Below are positions 37,896 through 51,000 of a DNA stretch of 64,000 nt, in pieces; position 1 is the stretch's first letter, and every line of letters starts with the position of its first letter. This stretch comes from Chlorokybus atmophyticus (lineage: Eukaryota > Plantae > Mesostigma and Chlorokybus algae): positions 62,001 to 126,000 of the forward strand of contig RHPI01003389.1 of NCBI GenBank assembly GCA_009103225.1, given 5' to 3'. The translations under genes were made by a program, and so were the position numbers. The notes below the pieces were generated by a model that was not told the origin of the DNA, did not search any database, and was given only the letters and a program-made list of their open reading frames with translations.

Positions 37896-39998
37896 ATGGC
37901 GTCGGCGGCGTCGCCGGCCGGGGCGGGGCCGGTCAAGCTGTACAAGCACGGGCCGGGATGGAGCATGCCCACATTCGACCCGGCCTGCCTCCAAGTTGAG
38001 GTGAGGTGAGTGCTGCGGTGAGACAGGCTGCTGGGAGGAGAGAGAGAAGTCGAAGCTGCTTGTGACTTTGCGCTTGTGTTTGTGAATGAGACTGTCGGTT
38101 TCAAAGGTGTACTTAAGGCTGGCGAGGATACCCTTTGTCGAACAAGTGTGCCAGTCTGTAGAGCAGTCGCCGACAGGTGAGCGGAGTCAACGTGCTGTGC
38201 AGTTTCCAACTAATCCACGTGCGTTGACACTCTACTCTAAAGAGAGCCTGCTGTGTATCTCGTGCATGCACTGGCAATGCGGTTAGTAGTAAGCTCTCAA
38301 CATACACGGTCCTGTGATCGTTTAGGGCGATTGCCCGCCATTGAAGATGGCGAAGAGCTAGTCATTGACAATGAAGAGCGGCTAGGCATCATATACCATT
38401 TGCAGGATACGGTAAGGTGATGCGCCTTGTCTCTGCCGTGACTACGCATCATGCATGCGTATTGCAAAATTTACTTGCCATGCTTGTATGCATGTCACTC
38501 GCAGTATGCACAGAGTAATGCAGACAGTCCCAAGCAAAGACAGCACCGTTCGCACTTGAGCAACGCAACTTACTGTTGCGTTCACGTTCAGCGGCAGGAT
38601 CTCAATGCCGGTCTCGCGCCTTCTGAACTGGCGGAAGTGCAGGCGTTTCTCACGCTGGTTGAGACCACCCTAACGCCTGCTGTGGTACGCAACTGTCCTG
38701 CATGCTCGCGCATGAGTGCATGCATGCGCAAATGCATGTGCATCAGTGTATGCATGCATGTGCATGTTTGTCGAGTTGTATGCTCGCTGCTTCAGTAGTT
38801 CAGTCGCCTGTTGATGTTCAACTTGTTGTGTTATGTCACGTGGGCCGTCAGCTTGCAGCTGTATGGGTGGAAAGCAGCAACTACCCGACCACACGGTTGG
38901 GGTACTCGGGCATGCTGCCGTTTCCGCTGTCTCGCATAGTGCCGCTTGGCAAGCGAGCAGACATCACAAAAGCACTCAAACAGTCCACACACAAGGACAT
39001 TGATGAGGTGAGAAGCTCGAGGTCAGCTCTATAGATTCATCCTCGCAGTTCCTGAGTTACGCTTGTATGCAGCTGTACAAATGTGCAGAGAAGACATACA
39101 GGACGCTTGCAGCCAAGCTGGGAGAGCATAAGTATCTCGTTGGTGGAAGGTGCCTTCTTCATGGGTGGCAGTGCTAGTGCCACTGTTCATTTAAACTCTG
39201 CTTGCTGCAGTTGCTTACATCAAGTTGTGCTCAGACCCACTAGTTTGGACGCTGCTGTGTTCGCGCACGTCTTGTTCATCACAAGAGCACCATTGGTAAG
39301 GTTGGCATGCATGTGCCTTGTACGCATGTATGCAAACACTATGGACTGTGCCCAGGCTTGTGTCCTTGAATTGCCACTATTTGTTGTTGATAGCCCAAGA
39401 ATCCACTGAAGGACGGCTTGCCGCCATTGCTTGAGCGCTACGCTGCGCGGTTGGAGCCGGAGGTGTTTGCGAGTCAACCGCTTCCGCCGCCACCTCCGGT
39501 GCCTTCTGCACCGGCGGCCAGCAGAGTGATGGATGCCGTCACCCAACGCACTGCCGGCGTCTTCACCGACATCTACAAGTGGTGGAATAAACCAAAGACG
39601 TACCGCCCAGCCAAAGAAGAGCGCTTCCGCAGGTGGACATGCACACATGCATGTAGCAACTTGGCTGATGTAATGTAACTTGTGCAACGCGTCTTGTTGC
39701 AGTAAGCGACCTGTGGCAGGCTATCATGTTTCGGCATTGTTGCAGGCTGTCTAGTGTGTTCTTAAGCAAAACTCTGATGCATTTGGTTCTGTCTGTGGCA
39801 GGAGGTCACGGTATGCGGTGGTGTTTGCGTTGGCGTCAGCTGTGGTGTACGTCTTGATGGGGGACATGATTCAGGTAGGGTTCTGTAACTTCATTCTGTT
39901 GTTACCATTGCAGTGTTCTCATGCAACATGTACAGTTTCAGGATATGGAAGATGACTATGAGGACGCTGGTGATGATATTCAGGATGACGATGAGTAG
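37896..39998 (+). CDS. MTX1: Metaxin (mitochondrial outer membrane SAM complex subunit)
   Basis: LYKHGPGWSMPTFDPACLQVE|VYLRLARIPF, GRLPAIEDGEELV, GYSGMLPFPLSRIVP, PTSLDAAVFAHVLF, and a C-terminal TM segment followed by an acidic tail. Confidence 0.8.
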
Positions 39999-42230
39999 GA
40001 AGAGTGTAGGCTGTAGTCATGGAAAAAAGCAAGGGTGAGGTTGTTTCTCTTTTCTGTGTGCCTGCCTGGGGCTCAATTGCACCATATTTCTTCACTTTGC
40101 TTGTTGTGCATATATTTGCATGGTTGCAGGCTCAGCACTATTTGACAGATATGCGCAATGCAGGCGCATTGTACCACTCTAGCATTGTGTTATTGTAGTT
40201 TGAAGGCTATGCCCGTGCTAGATAGGTTGTACATTGTTGCATTGTGTATGCCATCAAAGGCCTTGCGTCATTGCCCAAGGTAAAATGAAGGGGCACGAGA
40301 TACAATAGACACCGTCCATTGCTCACACATTGTAGCCAACACAACCTTACCCAAAGTAGGCTTGGGGGCTATCTCTTGTGTCATGCAGGACAAGTGGGCA
40401 TGGTAGGCAAGGCAGATTAAGACTCGAATCAACAACAGGCAAGAGCACAGCCGCACCTGCAAGGGCAGAGCATAGAAGTAAAGGGATTGGTTTGAGCCAG
40501 TTCAACGTCACGACAAGCACGTCATCACAATCGTTGTTGTTGATAGTGTCGGCTTTAGCAGCGGTAATGGCACCAGCCGCGACAGAGATGTGCTTAACAC
40601 GGTGTTGTCATACTCAGTCGTTGTTCACTAGCTTGTTATTGTGTATGACATTGATCGAATGAATTGAGTGTTCCACATAATTGCGCATTGTTTTATGTGC
40701 AAGCTGTAATGTGTATTGTTTTTTGGTACAATGACCTCTGAAATTTACTTAATGCATGTTGCTTATGTTCACACACTTACATTATTGGTATATAGAGCAA
40801 CCCTTCAATTGTGCACATAATCATGTACGCGTCGGCCTCTATTGATATAGAAGAAAAGAGTTGATTTACAAATGTGCTTCATACAATAACAAACAACTTT
40901 TTGTTTAGCGAGTCGTTACTAATGGGTGAATTTCAACACGTGTCACTGACGACGCGTTAAACAAGCTGAAATGAACATAGTGCACGACAATTAAAACACA
41001 TAGTTACGGTTTATGAATGGCAAGGTAATTAGGCTTTTTGAAAGTCACCCATTACCATAATTTTGCAGCGATAAGCCGAGGTCGCGAATGAAATACATAC
41101 AATCATTAAATGGCATAAAGTATGACTGCCATATAGGGTCGTGACTTTGTCCTACTTGTGTACCAGTGTGTAACATAACAACAACTGTATGCATCAATTC
41201 AATGTATAATTTATGCTTGGGCAGATTTGCAATAAAAAGTCGATATCAAATTGGTTAAAACGTTATAAGGATACAAATGATTGTGCAACTCATGTCGACG
41301 CATTTCTTGTTTACTTTAACGCTTGCATGATACAATAATGGTGTATACACTTAAATGCAATCCATGCATACTATATTTTGTACAATAAGCGCATGGTATT
41401 GTTGAATATTTCATTTAAACACTTCATGCTATAATACCCACCCCTCCTATAAAGCCACCTTCAGTAAAAAGGTGACCCGAGGGCTTCAAGTAAATAAATA
41501 TTGGTAAGTGTAGAGTGTTAAAAAATCATGGCATGACCTCATATATCAATTTTATATTGAAATTACAAATACAACAACTAATCACGAAACGCAAAAGGTG
41601 ACAAATTGTGAAACAACTATTCGACTTGACAGCAGTTCGAGCCTTTGTAGCCTTGCCAATAACTTACCATCTACTACAAGCGTTGTCATGCACCTGATAA
41701 TTACTTGGTCACCCACCTTGCACATGTTGACAATGCCTGCATGCCACTATGGCCCATAGTTTATGGGTCATGCAGCAATGCCACATGACAATGTTCAGGT
41801 CTGTTGGGGACTCGCAGCTCCAGTCGCCGGGTTCGCGCGCAATCGAACGAACAGGAGATCGGGCAGCGAGAGCCAATAAGCACTCGCCGGCAGCTTACGG
41901 ATTCCGCTTTTCAGCCTTGCGGATAAGGCCGGACTGGCGCTCAACTTGACCCTCGGTCAGTCCTCCCGCGGACAGACTAACCGTGTACATTTGCACCGAA
42001 GCACAGAAAGTAGCTAATTTCCCTTGTTTACCGCGGATATCGATGACGTGTTTTGGTGAAACTGACCGGGTATCTGACCACGGTCCGGTTCGCTGGTTTC
42101 GCTTAGTCGGTAGCTTAGTTGGCTGCTTGATTGGTGCGGCGACGGCGTTGTTGTAGAGGTTGCTGGGAGCGTTATCAGCGTCGGCGGCAGAAAAGAGCTT
42201 GTGAGCGTGTGTGTTTGACAGTAACCAGCA

Positions 42231-43319
42231 ATGGCGTGCGCACAGGCTGCTGCCGTGATTGTGCCCACAGTGGCTGCTGCGGCGGCCACCGTGCGGACCT
42301 CCGCCCCCAGGAGCTCCTTCGCCGGCAGCTCCCTGCGCCCCGCCCTCCCCGCCCGCCACTTCGCCCGCAAGTCCCTCAACGTCCGCGCCCAGGCCGCCCC
42401 CAAGGAGACTGTAAGTGCAGTTGTTGCTGTTGCCGCCCGCACAGACTGGGGGGGACAAGATCTTGTCGCTTTGGACTTGCTGCTACACCGTGCATTCTAT
42501 GGAGGGGACATGCAAACAACATGCTTTTGCAAAGCAACTGATAATCACAAGCTTTTAACTTCCGAAAAGAGACCATTGCGCCGTAGTGGTAGTTGAGCGA
42601 GTTTGAACGGTGTAGTTGGGTCTCATGCTGACGGTGATCATATGCTGTGTATGAACAGTTCCAGGTGATTACTCCCATCAACGGCGATCCCTTCATCGGC
42701 TCTTTCGAGACCCCGGTCACCTCCGCCCCGATCGTCGCTAACTTCCTCTCCCAGCTGCCGGCTTACCGTGTCGGTGTTGCCCCCCTCGTCCGCGGTGTTG
42801 AGGTATGTCTTGAGGCAGTAGCATGTATGCTAGCTTAGCAGCATCTTAGGGTTTCAGCAGCTGACTTCAGTTGTATGTTGCGCTGCAGATTGGTCTCGCC
42901 CACGGTTTCCTGCTCGTCGGCCCCTTCTACAAGGCTGGCCCCCTCCGCGCCACCGACGCTGCCCTTGTGTCCGGCACTCTGTCCGCCGCCGGTATGATTC
43001 ATTCTGTCATGCTGAGTTTCTAAAAGTTATTGTGTGCTTGTCATTGTGATCAAGCTACAAGTAATCTGACGCCTTGCATGCCTGGTCTGCAGGCCTGGTC
43101 GTCATCCTGGCTGCCTGCCTCACCATCTACGGCGCGGCCACCTTCCAGAACGAGCTGAGCCCTCTCAAGTCCAAGACCCTCACCGGCCGCGAGCTGCCCC
43201 AGGACCCCCTCCAGACCTCCGCGGGCTGGCAGTCGTTCGCCGGTGGTTTCCTCATGGGCGGCCTCTCCGGCGTGCTCTGGGCCGCTTTCCTTCTCAACAA
43301 CTTCGCCTACTTTGTGTAG
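42231..43319 (+). CDS. PSAL: Photosystem I subunit XI (PsaL) precursor
   Basis: A transit peptide is followed by [47 protein letters not shown]|[20 protein letters not shown] ... [20 protein letters not shown]. Codon usage is strongly GC3-biased. Confidence 0.97.
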
Positions 43320-44575
43320 ATTGACGTGACCTCTCTGCCCTTGTTCGCAATGCCCCCGCCCCCTAGCAACAGAACTTGCACGATATACTCATGTGATACC
43401 GTTGTGTGCCAAGCTGGTTACTTTTTCCGGGTTTGGCTCTTGTACTTATGATGTGGAGTAAACTATTGTTTGCACAACGGCTAGGTGGTGCAGCTTGTAC
43501 TGGCAAGTGGGCGTGTTGAGAATCTTGGGTGTTATATATGCCGCGTCTGGAGCTCTCGTTTGTGCATTGCCCTGAAGGCATTGTGACATCATGCATCCGT
43601 GTTAGTTCACATGCTGTCGTTAGTCAGTCTAGGCATTGGTTCCTACATTGGGAAGGAGATGTGTGGCCAGTGTGAGTCAGACGCATGATTTCCAACAAGT
43701 GGGTGGGCATGCGGAGATTAACATACATGGGTATAGTAAGGAGTAGAACAAAACATAGATAGTGCAGCACAGCCAGCCAGAACAGCAGCAAATCAGGGCA
43801 CTGCACAAGTGTTGCGACACGCAACTACATCTCATAACAGCTAGTGCTTGTGTCTGTGCCTGTGCCTGTTAGTACTAATTGTTACTGGTTGCTACGTGCA
43901 TTGCTGTGCATCACACAGGCTGTCCACAGTCCATGCCTATGCACCTGTATGCGAGATGCAGTTTGACTTGCATCTTGGAATAATCAATCTAGGTCAAATG
44001 GAACTCGGTTGCATATTGCAACAATCCTTGGAACAATGATAATGCAAAGTGTATGAGAGATCTGCAAGCTGGATATGGCTTGCAAGGAAATTGGACCCTT
44101 TGCAGCCTTCGCAATTGCACTACTTTTGCCCTAAGATGTTGACTTAGTATGTACACGTCTTGTGCACATGGTTTGTTATGTGCAGTAAGCGAAACAAGGC
44201 ACGCATTCAATGCGTTCTGCTCCATCGGTGGCGGTAGCGCCTACCGTAGCGGCGAGATCCGCAAGTGGTATGGGCTTATGCACAAAGGTTACACGCTCGG
44301 TCTTCGACAGATTAAGTGATCATGGTGTGGGGTTTTCGGGGTGTGTGGGCTTTATGGATGTGATTATGACTGCGCTCGCCACTTCACTATGGATCAGGGT
44401 AAGTAGTAGGTGTAAATGACACTCAGCATTACACAACATATCTCGCTTGGGCCAACATGGATCCGGATGCATGTGTTTACATTGTGCTGCAATGTGCACG
44501 CATGTTTGTGCATGATATACCACAATTAATACCCGACACGCATAGCATTGCATTGCACTAATTTTTTACAGCAAA

Positions 44576-45640
44576 TGTAACAATAAGGGCCCGACCACTA
44601 TGCTATGGTAGTAAAAGACACTACCATGAGTGAGGTCTGTCACAATTTATCCCAATTCATGACATTCCTCCCCAATTGAATCGATGAGTTCCTCATAATC
44701 CAATGAGGCACTAGCCCACGTCGCCGTGTTCGCGGCCGTGTTACGATCGGTCTGCCCGCGGCCTGTTGGATCCGGCCCGCGAACGGTCCTGACCGACCGA
44801 ACGACCATCCTCATCGCGCGACCTGTCACAGCCCACTCGACCACAAAAGACTTGGTGCTTATTATGGTCGATTTGTGGTAACTTAATGTACCTCCCCGTT
44901 ACATCCCCCCCCACTTAAGAACGCTGACGTCCTCGGCAGCTGGCTCGCATCAGCTGAGGTATCATCCCAGGGGTCTGATTAGGGTCGGTCACCGGCCCCA
45001 CCGCCCAAGGACTGGCTAATTTAGGCCCATACCGGTCAACGCGCGCATAGCGAACCGCTGCCGGCCCCACAGGTCGCGTCGCCGCGATAGGCAGGTTGCG
45101 CCCTGCCGCGCCGACTAAACTGGTCAGTTCGGCGCGACTGCCATTAGGCAAGTTGCGACCCATCGATGATGGCACTTATCAAGTCACCAATTACGATGTT
45201 ATTGGATCGAGAAACAATGACCACGGAATGTGTGCAAGGCAGGAATTGAACCCGGGTCTCAAGCTCCGATACCAATGTCACAGCCCACTCGACCACGAAA
45301 GACTTGGTGCTTTATGGTCAATTTGTGGTAATTTAATGTACAATTTAGTACAATTTAATGTACATTCCCGTTACACGACCTGCCATCGCTGCGCGACCGC
45401 TCACGCGGCCTTAGGTTGAATTGGCTCGGCGCGCTGGTCGTGATCCCGCGCCCAGCCTAGGGCAAGCCGCCTTAAATGTTCTTGTTTTTGCCGTGGATCT
45501 GCTTCAGTCCCCTACGGGAATTGAATCTGAGACGTCAAGCTCCGTTATCATTGTAATAATTGGGTCCCGACCACTAGGCTATGGTAGTAAAAGACACTAC
45601 CATGAGTGAGGTCTGTCACAAATTATTCCAATTCGTGACA
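44576..45640 (-). mobile_element. TRIM family 1 (miniature non-autonomous LTR retrotransposon, about 0.5 kb without its insert)
   Basis: 89-bp TG...CA LTRs at 45552-45640 and 44576-44664. A PBS-like ATGATAACGGAGC follows the 5' LTR and the PPT GGGGAGGAA precedes the 3' LTR. The 5-bp TSD GCAAA is present on both sides (44571-44575, 45641-45645). Confidence 0.93.
44824..45375 (-). mobile_element. TRIM family 2 nested inside TRIM family 1
   Basis: LTRs TGTAAC...GTGACA at 45276-45375 and 44824-44903. PBS TGGTATCGGAGC (tRNA-iMet type) at 45263-45274 and PPT GGGGGGGGA. TSD CGACC at 44819-44823 and 45376-45380. Confidence 0.93.
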
Positions 45641-46693
45641 GCAAAGCACAACCACAACCACGGTGCAGGTGACTAAGTGTGCATATTGCATGCATACATG
45701 GCTAACAAGGCGGGGTATCTGTAGTGGTGGAGTAGGTAGAGAAGTAAGCAACAATAGTTTGTGTAGCCCAATGGTTGTGTTGAAGGTGCGTGGGTATGAT
45801 TGCCAAGCATGTCATGTATGATGAGTGTTGCGCTAGCTCGTGGCATGCAGCTGCCAGTGGCGCTATGTCATGCATACGATGTGTGGCATGCATTGCACGC
45901 AGCGAATACATTCAACACTCTGTTGTTCACACTGCAGCATGTCATGTGTGCAGTCTGCAAGCTTTGCCCACCTGTCATCAAGTTCTTTTCTAATTTGTTT
46001 ACAATCAGGGGCATTTTTGTCGGTTTGGTTGCAAGCTTCAAGCTTGCATAGCAAGTTGCTATCAAGCTTATATGCTATTGCTTACGTACGAGCGCCCTAC
46101 CGTGGCTGCTCAATTTGAGTGGTTATGTATATAAAAGTAACACGAGGGTGTGTTCGTTTGGTTGCTGAGCTTTAATGACTGTGGCGTTGCGTATGATGGC
46201 TTTATATGGTTACTTATGTACCCTCCTCTCGTCTCCTGCGACATGGTTACATTACGCCTCTACATCCTTCAACATTCTAAGGCATTTGCATTTCACATGC
46301 CTTAACTGGCCGTGCGGTATTCAGTTGTGCAAATACAACTTTTCGAGTGCCTACGTTAATCGCCCTCAGGAGTCCTGAGTCAGGACTCAGGTGCGCCGCC
46401 GCACTTGACCGCCATCGAGAATTCTATGCTCCGCTATCGGCAGCGGACCCGATGGCGCCAGTCAGACCGGACCAGGTCAGACCAGGCCAGCGCTACAGCC
46501 AGCGTCACGTTGCAGCGTCCACGTGGTCAACGTCAATAACCTGGACGTCGTTCCACGTTCACCACGTTGCAGCACAGCACACTGACAACGTGCAAGGCTG
46601 CAACGTGATGGACGTTGACAACGGCCAGGTGTTGGCGTCAACGTGCTTTGCCACCAGTTACGTGGCTTACCCGTAGTGGAAACTCATGTCAGG

Positions 46694-46734
46694 CAGCTGC
46701 GCATGGTTGCATTTCCTGCAACCATGCGCAGCTG
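46694..46734. repeat. Perfect inverted repeat, 18-bp arms, 5-nt loop
   Basis: CAGCTGCGCATGGTTGCA-tttcc-TGCAACCATGCGCAGCTG. Confidence 0.95.
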
Positions 46735-48087
46735 GTCACGACTGTTTGGGGAGGATGTCATGAACCCTAGAGGTATGCCCGAACACCGCACATGCGAGCA
46801 GCTCACATGTTCAGGTTGTCCTGTGCACAGTCACATCACTTGGTGGGACACGCACGACGTGACAGTAGTGCACGATGCAAACTTGCTGTGTACGCTCTGC
46901 TGGAGTGTGGTTAGCCGATAAGTCAGACCAACAGGGGAGGAGAGGGTGCTGCGGAGGGAGTTAGGTAGGCAAGCGCATGCGAGGACATTGACAACGCCGA
47001 CCAGGCCAAGGAAGCGCTTGGTCTGCAGTACATTGCTGTTCAGCTGAAACTTGGAGCCTCCAGCACTTCAGTTTGCTGCTGCTGAGGGTTGAGGCAAGCT
47101 TGCCTCCTCTGAACTAAGCTAGGCTGAGCATGCACGCATGCACGCACACAGTGCAATTGTAAGAATAAGCTAAGCAAGTCGGTCGTCAGCTGGTGAAGTG
47201 ACTTGGTTCACGTTGTCGGTTGGCTGCTTGTCCTCCAGTAGTGTGGTGGTCGTCATGCCTTGACTAGCTGCAAGCCAGCTGTGCACTGGTCGAGTGAATT
47301 AACAGCTCGTAGCGTCTGCCAAAGAAACAAAACTAGAACAACAGTAGCCTCCTTCTACCTCCTGTGCCCCGTCTCTCAACAGGTGATGATTCATGATTCC
47401 GTACTTGTAAGATACTTGTAGCACGGCACGCGCAACGTCATGCAAAAACTTCCTGTTGACTCTGTACTACTGTTGCTGCGGTCACGCACAGTACGGTATC
47501 CTATTCACGTATATCCAACGTGCAACACGCCTGCAAGCAACTACACTGCCGGCAGGTCAGCTGGGTGCTGTTTTGGAACATGCTTGCTCGCTTTCACCTG
47601 CTGTATGTTGAGACTTTAAAGCTCGTGCTTTACCAGCACAACAGACACAACCCGCTCATGTACATACACAGTTCCAGGAGAAGTTTGAATGCTAGTTACG
47701 AGGATGCAGGACAGTGCACGGGTCATGGGGCAGTTGTTGCCAAAGTGATGCTGTGCAGAGCGGTGGTATTGTCCGGGTAAGTTTGCTTGTTGCTTGGGCT
47801 CGACAAGCGCGGTTTGAGGATGCCTAGATGTTAGGCGAGGAGATTTGATGCAGATGCCAGCAGGTCTCAGCTTGCCTGGTAAGGGCTCACTCTGCATGAC
47901 AGTGGACTTTGTGAGTGAGTGACGGTGTCAAGACCACGTGCATCATTAAACTAGGTGAGACCTTTGCCAACGCTGAGTGGCAGTCAGCTGACTTGGTTAG
48001 CAGCCTGTCAATGGTGCCTCTTGGGTGAATTGGCATTTCATAGCTATCTTTTGCACCTTACCTACTTTGCGCTCATGTGCAGACAGC

Positions 48088-51000
48088 ATGATTGCGCTCG
48101 TGGACAGCATTTACACGGCAATCCAGCAGTCAGGAGGCCACATCACTTTGACCTCACTCGGTGAAAAATTGAAGTCGAGGGAGAGCTCGGTCAACTTGGC
48201 CATCATTAAGAAGGCCGGCGGCCTACGCGCATTTCTGCTAAACCACTCTAGCAAGTTCACACTGAATCTGGACGACTCTGGGAAAGGGCTTGTCGTTGCA
48301 ATCAACAACGAGCACATGCTGGCACAGACTTTGGCATCAACTGCTGCCACTGCCACCGGACATGGAGCCTCTGTTACCGTACCCCAACCCATTGCGCTGC
48401 CGCTCCCTCAAAGACCCGGAGAGCCCGACTGCCCATACTATGCCTGGTCTGGTACTTGTGGGTATGGCCTGATCTGTAGGTACAACCACCCAACACTCGC
48501 ATGCGCGCCCTCCCCAAACAACAGCAGCACGTCTGACAAGGTTGCAGCAACACTAAACGAAGCCGATGCTGTGCTGGGGATCGTGTGCACGTCCAAGGAC
48601 AAGTCCTACAGCAACGGCCACAGCATCACAGGTAGTGCAATGCTAGTAACAAGCATGGTCATTCACGACAAGACAGCTTTGAGGTCACCAAACATATACG
48701 CTTCAGGTTGTATTGCAGGGCCACCAAAGACTGCTGCATACACGTGGCGTATCAAGGGCAATCTCGAAATGCCATTGGTGAACAACAAGCAGACTCCCAA
48801 AACGCCTGTTCAGCTTGACAAGAAGGACACGGCAGTAGCTGAAACGCCTCAGGCTGCAACGACGCCAGCTGCTCAGGACCAGAAGCCTGTCGAGAGCGTT
48901 CAGGCCTCTGGCAAGCAAGGGGATGCCAGCAAAGCCAATGGCGCCAACAACAAGACACCTGCAACAGACGTGAAGACGCCCGCCAAGGATGCCAAGACGC
49001 CTGCAGGTGGGAAGGATGCTAAGACGCTTGCAAACGACCACAAGGGTCTTTCAGGTTTGAGTCGCAATGGTGCGCAACCACACGCAGGGTTGCACACTCA
49101 ACTTCAACAAGTTCTTTGTGTTGCAGGCACAGTTGTCATAGACACCAGCTTCGCTTGTGGGCAGACAATGCAGCAGCTTCTGACATGCCCCCGCGTTGGC
49201 ATTGACTGTGAGGGCATTTCATTGAGTAAGACAGGCCGGCTTTGCCTTGTTCAGGTATGGACCGTGTGTTATTTGGCATGCGTTTATGCGGGCTTTGGCA
49301 TGCAGTACCAAGGCAACGCGTGCACTGCTGGACCACATTCAGTCCCTTACACGTGTATGCACAACAATTACATGCTACAACATTACCACTTTACACATAA
49401 AACACACTGAAGTAGCTGCTGCTTCTGACTGCTTGGCTGCTGTGCAGGTGGCTACTGAAGGGTTTGTAGCGTTGTTGGACCCCGTGGGTGCAATGCTGAA
49501 GAGCGGAACTGACTACAGTGCAGTTGTTGGCTTGATGTGCAAGCTGTTGGAGGATGAGCGTATCGTCAAGGTATGGCTGGTGTGCTTGATAGAGACTTCT
49601 AGGCTGCACTTTGCATCCTTCACGCCCCATTGCAACGTGCAGGTTGTGCATGACGGACGGCAAGATGCTTTGGCACTCTACCACCAGTTGGGTATCACTC
49701 TGCGGAATGTTGTGGATACGCAAGTTCTGGCTCAGCAGGTATGTCTGCATTTAACTACTGCAACGTTGTAGCAACTTGTAAGCGTGTACTGAAGCTACTT
49801 CAGCAGCATTGCAATGCTGTGAGGTTTTGCGTCAGCGTGATGTGTATGACAAGCGTTGCTTGTCATACAGATCACAAACGGTCAGAGAGAGGGATTGAAC
49901 AAGTTGTTACAAAAGTACAACCTGCCAGCGAACGGGCACAAGGACGCTATGGACCATAGCCAGTGGGCTAAGCGCCCACTCAACCAAGTTCAGATTGAAT
50001 ATGCTGCAGCGGATGTCAACCAGCTGCTCGCCTTGTATGACAAGCTGGAGCTTGACTACATCATAGCTTGCAAGAAGGGCTTGTTTGAGCGAACAGCCAC
50101 TGTCATCAACCCATGCAAGCAGGCGCTGTCAGCATTCAATACCCCCCTCGGTGTCAACCTCTGGTTGACGTTCGATGAGAAACACCACGCTGTATACAAA
50201 GATGCAGCTCTGGCGGAGGCTGATGCCGCTGCCGACACCGCTGCTGATGGAAGTGGTGAAGCTATTGATGGCGTGGGTGATGCCAATGCTGAAGAACAGC
50301 ACGATGCACTGTCTCTAGTGTCAGAGGAGCTTACATCCACAGCTAGTTCTATAGAGACTTCTGCATCCGGCTGTGACGCACACGCCAGCACACCAGATGA
50401 GCACATGAGCGTAACGTCAGCCTGGGAGGACAATGACGCCCCAGCAGCGAGTGGCTGGGGTGCTGTTGAAACACAACTACCAATGCTTACACCAGTGGAG
50501 GTTGAGCGGGTACATTCCGAGGATGCTGAACTCAACAGTCTGCTCGCTGTGCTGCCCGCAGAGTTGCAGGTGCCAACTACTCGGAGATGCCAGTTGTCAT
50601 GAGTTGCAGCAAAAATCTCAGCGTGTATGCAAACTGATCTATGCTGCTGTTTCAGAACCATGTTGTCAAGCACACGGAGGCCGTTCAAGACAGCCATAGC
50701 CTTGTGGAGGTTGTTGTCGATGCTGGACGCCCGCTTGTACTCAGATTTGCAGGCAAGTTGCACCTGCAGTGTTCAAGCATGACTGCTTCAAGAGAGTCTC
50801 ATACACACATGCAGTTGTTGTGTCTTTGTGCAGATGGCAGCAATGTGGTTCTTGATGGGACCGTCATCGACATTGATGAAGCGCTCAATGCGCTCAATAA
50901 CCAAAGCATTGAGTTCCTGAAATCAAATCGCGCTGGCATATCTGGCACGCTCCACAGAATCTCGCAGATTGTTGGCCCTAAGAAGGTATGCTTGGGCAAA

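Noticed and set aside
40600-41750. AT-rich block upstream of PSAL
   Set aside because: No terminal repeats, hairpins or coding remnants found by eye.
45243-45275. Possible tRNA gene (GGTTCAATTCC)
   Set aside because: No cloverleaf or anticodon arm. It is part of the TRIM internal region.
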